Positions 56,699-64,000 of a stretch of DNA of 64,000 nucleotides are shown one piece after another; positions within the stretch are counted from its first letter, which is position 1, and each line of letters starts with the position of its first letter. Under the pieces are notes generated by a model. It was not told the DNA's origin and ran no database searches. It saw only the letters and a list, made by a program, of their open reading frames with translations. The stretch spans positions 9,258-73,257 of the forward strand of contig JASFYY010000010.1 of NCBI GenBank assembly GCA_045046875.1, given 5' to 3'. Source of the DNA: Verrucomicrobiota bacterium (GTDB lineage Bacteria > Verrucomicrobiota > Verrucomicrobiia > Verrucomicrobiales > DEV007). The position numbers and the translations under genes are program-made.

Positions 56699-58314
56699 AC
56701 AAAACTGATACGATTTCGGGGAAAATGATTTCTTCCAAATACCTCCCCTTTGCGATCCTGACTCTGATCCTATGTTCGGCAATCACCGTGCTGGCTCTTG
56801 GTTTCCGCTTTGCGAAAGAAGAGCAAGTAGTCAAAATCGAACAGGATCGTGGGCCGCTGTCAAACTTCACCACCAAACTGCTCGGTGAAGTTGAATCGCT
56901 GGAAAGGCTCTACCAAAACCAACTCATCAATATCCGAGATCGGATCGGACGTCATACCAGCAGCATTGAAATTTCGTCAATTTGTCGTAAAGTCATCGGG
57001 GTGGAACAGGTCACCATTTTCCGGGAAAATGCTCGCCCCCTTCATCTTGACCTGCGGGACGCAGATCGCTCCGAAGCTCTATCCCTCCCCCACGAAAGCG
57101 GCGACGATTCGATAGCTGACGGAATCATCATTGACGTGGAAATGTTCAATCAGAATTTGCTCGGCACCAATTTCAAGTGGCTTAATCATCCTGGTTCCCC
57201 CCCGCATTTTGTTGCCAAGTTGGATTACAAGAGCTTGCTCGTTCTGCGCATCAATCCCGAACGAGTTTCCGCTGCGGCAGATGCCTGGCTCGCAGAGTGG
57301 ATTTCGGATAATTTTGATCAGGTCAAAATCGCGGGAATCCCCACTCTTTTAAAAAACCCTCTCGGCCAGACCATCGCCTCCACCGGCGACATTCAGGACG
57401 ACCGTCCGCCGGATATGCTGCTTCCCCTTCCCTCGGCAATGGGTGAATGGAAAATATCCTCCTGGGAATTAAAAAAAACGATCACCAGCTACCGCCAGCC
57501 TGTTTTGATTGGCTCGGCGACTCTTGCGATTGTACTGGTCCTTGCTGGTTTTTTCGGCTACGCCCAACAACAGAGCGCCACCCGGCTCGCCGAGCAAAGG
57601 GTTTCATTCGTCAATCGCGTTTCCCACGAACTGCGGACTCCTATGACGAACATTCTACTCAACGTCGACCTTTTGTCAGATTCGCTGACTGAAAACGACA
57701 GCCCCCGCAGCAAACGCCTCGGCCTGATCCGCGAGGAAGCCAGTCGCCTCAGCCGATTGCTGGAAAATGTGCTCACTTTTTCTGAACGGGAAAAAATCAG
57801 ATCAAATCCGCGCCAAAAGCTACAGCCCATCTCTTGCGATATCGGCCTACTCATCAGCGAAGTGACCTCTCAGTTTACCCCGACTCTAACGAGAAAGCAC
57901 ATCACCGTCGCTCTTGCTGAACCCGACGCTGGCATATTTGCCATAGCCGATCCCGATGCCTTCAAACAAATCATCAGCAACCTCGTTTCCAACGTCGAGA
58001 AGTACGCTTCCAAGGGAGGAAAACTGGAATTTGAAATAACAACATCTCCTGCCAAGCAAACCGTCACTGTCTCGGTGATCGACCACGGTCCGGGCATTGC
58101 AAAGTCAGAAGCCGGACGAGTTTTCCGCCCCTTCATTCGCTTGAACGATTCAACTACCGAAGGAGTTTCCGGCACTGGACTGGGGCTCGCCATTGCCCGT
58201 GATCTCGCCGGAAACATGAACGGCAAACTGAAACTGATCCCCCAACAAAGAGGTGCCCGATTTGAACTTACCCTGCCGCTAGCTACCGATAACATTATTT
58301 CCATCGCATCCTAA
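56695..58314 (+). CDS. Sensor histidine kinase
   Basis: 2 TM; VSHELRTP H-box, N box, DHGPG, GTGLGL. Confidence 0.93.
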   Translation: MNKTDTISGKMISSKYLPFAILTLILCSAITVLALGFRFAKEEQVVKIEQDRGPLSNFTTKLLGEVESLERLYQNQLINIRDRIGRHTSSIEISSICRKVIGVEQVTIFRENARPLHLDLRDADRSEALSLPHESGDDSIADGIIIDVEMFNQNLLGTNFKWLNHPGSPPHFVAKLDYKSLLVLRINPERVSAAADAWLAEWISDNFDQVKIAGIPTLLKNPLGQTIASTGDIQDDRPPDMLLPLPSAMGEWKISSWELKKTITSYRQPVLIGSATLAIVLVLAGFFGYAQQQSATRLAEQRVSFVNRVSHELRTPMTNILLNVDLLSDSLTENDSPRSKRLGLIREEASRLSRLLENVLTFSEREKIRSNPRQKLQPISCDIGLLISEVTSQFTPTLTRKHITVALAEPDAGIFAIADPDAFKQIISNLVSNVEKYASKGGKLEFEITTSPAKQTVTVSVIDHGPGIAKSEAGRVFRPFIRLNDSTTEGVSGTGLGLAIARDLAGNMNGKLKLIPQQRGARFELTLPLATDNIISIAS

Positions 58315-58315
58315 A

Positions 58316-59005
58316 ATGAAGATTCTCATCGCAGAAGACGACCCCGTAACACTGGAGTCCATCGATGCCTGCTTACAAAGCGAAGGATTTTCCACCTGTC
58401 TCGCGGAGAACGGAAATTTGGCCTTACAACTTTGGAAGTCAGAAAGCCCCGACCTCGTTTGTCTCGATATCATGATGCCCGAACTGGACGGATATGAAGT
58501 ATGTCGTCACATCCGAGACTCCGACAAAACACTGCCGATTCTTTTTCTCTCTGCAAAGAATGAAGAAATTGATGTGGTCGTCGGACTTGAACTGGGTGCT
58601 GATGATTTTATTCGTAAACCCTTCGGCAAACACGAACTCATCGCCCGAATTCGATCCGTTCTCCGCCGAACTGAACCTTCCTCCACGGGTCGAGCTTCAT
58701 CAAAATTCCGAATTAACGAAGATCTTACTATTTACCCAGCCCAACTTCGTGCTGTCCGAGATTCCACCAATAAAAAAATTGACCTGTCTCCACGCGAAAT
58801 TTCTATCCTAACATTCCTGCATCAACACAGAGGAGAAGCTGTCCACCGTGATCAACTGCTCGATCACTGTTGGGGGCTCGATTATTTCCCCGAATCCAGA
58901 ACACTGGATCAGCACATCGTAAAACTAAGAAAACGAATCGAACTCGACCCCAGCCACCCTACCCTGATAGAAACCGTGCGCGGTATCGGGTATCGAATAT
59001 ATTGA
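58316..59005 (+). CDS. OmpR-family response regulator
   Basis: AEDD, LDIMMP, GADDFIRKPF, TVRGIGY. Confidence 0.95.
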   Translation: MKILIAEDDPVTLESIDACLQSEGFSTCLAENGNLALQLWKSESPDLVCLDIMMPELDGYEVCRHIRDSDKTLPILFLSAKNEEIDVVVGLELGADDFIRKPFGKHELIARIRSVLRRTEPSSTGRASSKFRINEDLTIYPAQLRAVRDSTNKKIDLSPREISILTFLHQHRGEAVHRDQLLDHCWGLDYFPESRTLDQHIVKLRKRIELDPSHPTLIETVRGIGYRIY

Positions 59006-59012
59006 CCCAAAA

Positions 59013-59423
59013 ATGCCAGTGACTATTCGTTTAAGCAACGTTCCAATTTCCGGCATACTGTCAGCCATTGCAGAACTCACCTCCCTCGAAATCAGCATAG
59101 AACCACACGCCATATTTTTCGATCCGCCCGGCACAAGAGCTTTGCATTTGGCTACAATTGAAACTGACCAACTTCGGAAGCTACAAGCGAGGCAGCAACG
59201 ACCACGGACAGGAAATGAGCACTATTACAAGCTAAGCGTTTACCCCAACGATCCAAGATCCCCGGTTCATCCTGATTACGTAAAGTCAAGCAACCCAGTT
59301 ATTAAAAAACGTACCAATGCCATGAACAACGTTTACAAATGGGTGAACGGAAAATGGACTTTTGTGCGCTATGGGTCAAGCGATCTTGGCGAAGGCTCTC
59401 GCGGCTTAAATAAAGCGCCCTAG
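59013..59423 (+). CDS. Hypothetical protein with STN-like N-terminal segment
   Basis: VTIRLSNVPISGILSAIAELT. Confidence 0.4.
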   Translation: MPVTIRLSNVPISGILSAIAELTSLEISIEPHAIFFDPPGTRALHLATIETDQLRKLQARQQRPRTGNEHYYKLSVYPNDPRSPVHPDYVKSSNPVIKKRTNAMNNVYKWVNGKWTFVRYGSSDLGEGSRGLNKAP

Positions 59424-59622
59424 GCACGCCAAAATAGAAAACTCAGATTCCCTCTACAATCCTATCGCTGGCCGTCAGATTCATTGCTGTAAGCAGCTGC
59501 CCCCCTTTTTCTCTCACCAAGCCCACTTGATTTACGAGCTCGCACTGGACAGCAGCGCCAGAATGCCCATAGTTCATTCATACCTATGAACGATGGCACG
59601 GCCATCCTTTCCCGCTTCTACC

Positions 59623-61740
59623 ATGAAAAACACCCTCGCTCTCCTCACCCTGATCCTTCTGCTTGTCCCACAAAGCCAGGCGCAAGACTCCTCCAAGGAA
59701 AAAATCGATCCCGAAGCCGGTCCCGGTGACCAGATGATCGCCGAGTATTTCAAACTCGAAACCCAGCGCCTGACCAATCGCACCCTCAACAACATAAAAA
59801 CCAAAGAGGACTGGCAGCAAGCCCGCGACACCTACCGCCGCCAACTTTACGAAATGCTCGGCCTGAACCCTCTGCCCGCACGCTCCCCGCTCGACGCCAA
59901 AGTCACCGGCAAACTCAATCACGAAAAATTCACCGTCGAAAACCTCGTCTTCGAATCCCGCCCCGGCCTCTACGTCACCGGCAATCTCTACCTGCCCAAA
60001 AACGCCAAGAAAAAAGCGCCCGCCATTCTCTACGTCTGCGGTCACGGCAAGGAAAAAAAGGACGGTATCAGCTACGGCAACAAAACCCACTACCAACACC
60101 ACGGCGAATGGTTCGCCAGTAACGGTTATGTCTGCCTCACCATCGACACCCTGCAACTCGGAGAAATCGAGGGAACCCATCACGGCACCTACAGCAAAAA
60201 CCGCTGGTGGTGGAACTCACGCGGTTACACCCCCGCCGGAGTCGAAGCCTGGAACAGCATCCGCGCCATTGACTACTTGATCTCCCGCCCGGAAGTGGAT
60301 GCCCAACGCATCGGCATCACCGGACGCTCCGGCGGTGGCGCTTACTCCTGGTGGGCAGCCGCCCTCGATGAACGCATCAAGGTGGCGGTTCCCGTCGCCG
60401 GCATCACCAGCTTGAAAAACCACGTCGTTGACGGTGCGGTGGAGGGGCATTGCGATTGCATGTTCCAAGTCAATACCTACCGCTGGGATTACCCCATCGT
60501 CGCCGCGCTGGTCGCACCTCGCCCCCTGCTCATCACCAATACCGACAAAGACCGCATTTTCCCGCTCGACGGGGTGATTGACGTTTACAACAAAACCCGT
60601 CGCATTTATAAACTGCTCGGAGCCGAAGACAAGATCGGCCTGGCTATCTACGAAGGCCCCCACAAAGACACCCAACCGCTGCGCGTCAGCGCCTTCCAAT
60701 GGTTTGAACGTTTTCTCAAGGGCAAGGACATCTCGGATGAGATCGCCGATACCACCACCCCCAAGCTGTTTAAAATCGAGCAGCTCAAAGTGCTCGACAA
60801 AATCCCCTCCGACGAGCGCAATACCGATATCGACGAATACTTCACCAACCAAGCCATCAACCGCAAAGCCCCTGTCACTAAAGATGACTGGCTCTCCAAT
60901 CGCGACCTGTGGATGCGCCGCTTGAAAAGCCGCTCTTTCCGCGGTTGGCCCAGCAACCCCGGCCCCACCAACCTGCTGCCCGCAGCCAGCATCACCCGCG
61001 ATGGCATCACCCTTTCCTCGTGGGATTTCATCAGTCAGGAAAGCATTCAACTGCGTCTCTATGTGCTGCAACGGGAAGATCTGGAAAGCAAAGACCTCGA
61101 CCTCACCGTGCTCAATGTGCTCGATGAAAAAGATTGGACCGATTTTCTCACCACCATCGGCGCCTCCTTCCCCGAAGCTTTCCCCAACATCGACCTGCCC
61201 GGCCTCGATCAAAATGCCTACCTGCAAGAACGCAAAATGTACCGCTCTCAAAAATGGGCGATGGCCTACGTTTGTCCCCGCGGCATCGGACCTACCGCCT
61301 TCAACCACAACGAACGCAAACGCACCCACATCCGCCGTCGTTTCATGTTGCTCGGCCAGACCCAGGACGGCATGCAGACCTGGGATGCCCGACGCGCCAT
61401 TCAAGCTCTGCGTAGCATCGACGGTATGAAAAATATCCCACTCTGGTTACAGTCCTCCGGAGCGATGGCCGGCAACACCCTCTACGCCTCACTGTTCGAA
61501 CCCGACATCACTCGGCTCGATTTGCACCAGCTTCCCACCAGCCACCGTGACGGCCCCACCTACCTCAACGTGATGCGCTTCATGAACACTCCACAAGCCA
61601 TCGCCATGGCCGCCGACCGTTCTAAAATCCGCCTCTACCAAAAAAACGATAAAGGCTGGAACTATGTTCAGGATCTTGCCAAGAACCTCAAGTGGGAAGA
61701 AAGCCAATTTCAAATCCGCACCCCCCAACAGAAAGAGTAG
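59623..61740 (+). CDS. Secreted alpha/beta hydrolase (acetyl xylan esterase-like)
   Basis: FESRPG, GITGRSGGG nucleophile elbow, VAPRPLL. Confidence 0.85.
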   Translation: MKNTLALLTLILLLVPQSQAQDSSKEKIDPEAGPGDQMIAEYFKLETQRLTNRTLNNIKTKEDWQQARDTYRRQLYEMLGLNPLPARSPLDAKVTGKLNHEKFTVENLVFESRPGLYVTGNLYLPKNAKKKAPAILYVCGHGKEKKDGISYGNKTHYQHHGEWFASNGYVCLTIDTLQLGEIEGTHHGTYSKNRWWWNSRGYTPAGVEAWNSIRAIDYLISRPEVDAQRIGITGRSGGGAYSWWAAALDERIKVAVPVAGITSLKNHVVDGAVEGHCDCMFQVNTYRWDYPIVAALVAPRPLLITNTDKDRIFPLDGVIDVYNKTRRIYKLLGAEDKIGLAIYEGPHKDTQPLRVSAFQWFERFLKGKDISDEIADTTTPKLFKIEQLKVLDKIPSDERNTDIDEYFTNQAINRKAPVTKDDWLSNRDLWMRRLKSRSFRGWPSNPGPTNLLPAASITRDGITLSSWDFISQESIQLRLYVLQREDLESKDLDLTVLNVLDEKDWTDFLTTIGASFPEAFPNIDLPGLDQNAYLQERKMYRSQKWAMAYVCPRGIGPTAFNHNERKRTHIRRRFMLLGQTQDGMQTWDARRAIQALRSIDGMKNIPLWLQSSGAMAGNTLYASLFEPDITRLDLHQLPTSHRDGPTYLNVMRFMNTPQAIAMAADRSKIRLYQKNDKGWNYVQDLAKNLKWEESQFQIRTPQQKE

Positions 61741-61749
61741 AACCTGGAT

Positions 61750-62358
61750 TCACCCCCTCTTCTCCAGCTCATTCAGCTCCTGCTGTAGATTATTTCTCGC
61801 GGAGCTTTCTAGCTTGCTGAAAAAAACCGTGGCGTAAATCGGCTGCGATAAAAAACCTTCCAATACAGCCCTGCGGCCAGCAATAAAATCATCCTCTGCC
61901 ACCTGCCTGTATTCTTCGCGAATAGCCTTGCTGTATTGCCCGTATTCCCTCCGAGAAGATCCCAGAATATTGAGATCAATATCAATCAGCAAATCCTCAT
62001 CAGCCCGTCCGCTTCTCTGCCTGCGGGGATCCGTAGCGAGAATCAAACGACTCACGGATTCGGCCACAGCCCCGCTCACCAAGCCACCCAAGTGCTGCTC
62101 AAAAAAACACGCGCTATCAGCCTCGTTACAAGCCTCCATTGGCTCGTAAACCACATCATGAAACCAAATTGCCAGTTCGATCGTATCAGTGCCCTGCCCT
62201 GATTCATCCAACGCAGCGAGCATTTTTTCGATGTGGGTCAAATTGTGGTAATGACGCTGCGCTTCTGTATATTTTTGCTCCACAGCCAGCCACAAAGCTC
62301 CCGCAGCCTGCTCCTTCACCCCCACTCTCAAACAAGCATCAATGAAACGATTTTGCAT
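61750..62358 (-). CDS. HD-superfamily phosphohydrolase-like protein
   Basis: RHYHNLTH, WFHDVVY, DIDL, IREEY. Confidence 0.85.
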   Translation of the reverse strand: MQNRFIDACLRVGVKEQAAGALWLAVEQKYTEAQRHYHNLTHIEKMLAALDESGQGTDTIELAIWFHDVVYEPMEACNEADSACFFEQHLGGLVSGAVAESVSRLILATDPRRQRSGRADEDLLIDIDLNILGSSRREYGQYSKAIREEYRQVAEDDFIAGRRAVLEGFLSQPIYATVFFSKLESSARNNLQQELNELEKRG

Positions 62359-62366
62359 CCTCTACA

Positions 62367-63479
62367 TCACTTCACATCCGCCAGGCGCACACCGAGCTTT
62401 TTCATCTCCGCAATCTGCGCTTTGGTTCTAGCGTTATCGAGCACATTGCCTTGCAAATAAATGCGCACATAAGGGGCAAAACGTTTTTCACCCTTGAGAT
62501 CCGCTTTCAGCAAATCAAGCAATGGCTGTAAATCGCTCACCTTATTGCCATCGAGAAACAAAAAGCTCATCGGCTGGATTCCCTTCAACGCAGAGAGATT
62601 AGAAATTTGATTTCCCTTCAACCCAAAACTCCACACCTTGTTCAGCTTGCCGATACCTGTGAGATCAACAATCTTGTTATTATCCAGATACAAAGACGAT
62701 AACTTGGGCAAATCACACACCGGCTTGATATCCACAATTTGATTGCCCGATGCATAAAGCGATGACAGGCGTTTTAGATCTTTCAGCGGTGCCAACGACT
62801 TCACCTTATTGCCAGACACGTCGATGTATTGCAGGGCGATCACCGCCTTCAATGGCGCCAAATCTACAATCTGGTTCTTGGGCAAAATCAGCTGCTGCAA
62901 ACGTTTAAGATCTTTCAAGGGGCCAAGATCAACAATCGCATTATCCGCCAGGTCAATCGAAGCCAGTGCTTTGCAATGTTCCAGGCCCGAAAGATTTTTG
63001 ATCCCCATGCCTTTCCCTTTGATGGTGGATATGTTCTTCACATCCTCGGCAGTGATCACATCCTTATTATCCCGCTTGGCAAAAACCTGACGCCGCACCG
63101 CCTTTTCCAAGTTTTTATCGACAAAGATCGGTTTCGGAGCCGGAGGCGGTGTTTTTTTCGCCACTGCCTTTTTGGCCGGCGCTTTTTTAGCTGCAGGCTT
63201 TTTAGCAGGAGCTTTGACTGCCGGTTTTTTCACTGCTTTTTTCGCCGGAACTTTAGCCGCCGTTTTTTTAGCTGGAGGTTTGACTGCGGGTTTCGCCGGA
63301 GCGGCTGGCTTCGCCACAGCTTTTTTGATTACAGGTTTGGCCGCAGTCGCAGGCTTCGTCGGAGTCACCTTCGCTGCCGCCTTGTTTTTTTCGTCCGCCG
63401 CGTGAGACGGCGACAACAACAAAACCCCCAAAGCCAATCCAACACCAAATCCAAGCACCCTCTTCGTCACAATTTTCAT
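62367..63479 (-). CDS. Secreted internalin-like LRR protein with Lys/Ala/Pro-rich linker
   Basis: ~22-aa LRRs (LxxLxLxxNxIxDLxPL); signal peptide. Confidence 0.88.
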   Translation of the reverse strand: MKIVTKRVLGFGVGLALGVLLLSPSHAADEKNKAAAKVTPTKPATAAKPVIKKAVAKPAAPAKPAVKPPAKKTAAKVPAKKAVKKPAVKAPAKKPAAKKAPAKKAVAKKTPPPAPKPIFVDKNLEKAVRRQVFAKRDNKDVITAEDVKNISTIKGKGMGIKNLSGLEHCKALASIDLADNAIVDLGPLKDLKRLQQLILPKNQIVDLAPLKAVIALQYIDVSGNKVKSLAPLKDLKRLSSLYASGNQIVDIKPVCDLPKLSSLYLDNNKIVDLTGIGKLNKVWSFGLKGNQISNLSALKGIQPMSFLFLDGNKVSDLQPLLDLLKADLKGEKRFAPYVRIYLQGNVLDNARTKAQIAEMKKLGVRLADVK

Positions 63480-63770
63480 ACCAGTTTTTTGTCTCATCTC
63501 AAAATTCATATTCTCAAAATTCTAAAGCTCCAACCCCTCATTTCCAATAGCCACTTGTCCTTTTCTAAGACCGCATACAATAAAAAACGTTCACCTTTTG
63601 TCCTCCCTCACATCTCCCCGCTTTCGCCAAGTGGGGATGCCTGCTCTACATACAGCTTCCTTTATTCACGTTTATTAGCATCCCTCTTGACTCGCCTTAA
63701 CTGTAATGGCGGCGGTTAGCGGTTTTCTCAATCCCCTCTTATCCGCGCTATCCGCGGTAAAATTCCTTCC

Positions 63771-64000
63771 TCATTCCCCACCCGGCATCAAAAAGTGTTC
63801 AAAAAACTGATAAATATGTTCGTTCGACTCGACCGTCGGATCGTGTTTGGGCCGATTGGTCATCGCCACGCGATTCTTTTTCCCCAACAATTGGTTAACC
63901 GCGATCGAATGATTCAAAGCTTTCCATTGCTCCGGCGTATCCGCCGATCCACCAGACACCAAAAACGGACGCGGAGCCATCAGCGCATGCAGCTCATGCA
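63771..64000 (-). CDS. C-terminus of an alpha/beta hydrolase (5' part outside window)
   Basis: HELHALMAPRPFLVSGG...HDP...FFEHFL. Confidence 0.65.
   Translation of the reverse strand, partial: HELHALMAPRPFLVSGGSADTPEQWKALNHSIAVNQLLGKKNRVAMTNRPKHDPTVESNEHIYQFFEHFLMPGGE

Noticed and set aside
60217..61404. 395-aa minus-strand ORF
   Set aside because: Antisense shadow of the esterase gene

Overview
Probably a Verrucomicrobia-like chromosome segment (inferred from gene content). Host genes on the left: a minus-strand type II secretion operon (gspE-F-G-H-I-J-K), a sulfatase and REP-like repeats. Host genes on the right: peptidases, a NYN protein, a histone-like protein, secretin-like paralogues, a two-component system, an esterase and an LRR protein. 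Between them lies an apparently complete ~41.5-kb siphovirus-type prophage (8973-50535), integrated in tRNA-Ala(GGC) with a 44-bp att duplication. It carries an integrase, an HTH repressor switch, a lysis cassette, a glycosyltransferase-like/sulfotransferase pair, tail genes, a lambda-type head/terminase module, a DNA methylase, an iteron-like origin and primase/helicase/ParB genes. The most striking signal is a TTGAC[A/G] hexamer exactly 13-14 nt upstream of the start codon of seven late genes. Twice it directly follows an intrinsic terminator, and an eighth variant is tied to a start-codon-sequestering hairpin. Together with a phage gene carrying a sigma-region-4-like HTH, this suggests a non-canonical, leaderless late-transcription system. 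All protein calls come from motifs read by eye; no database searches were run.
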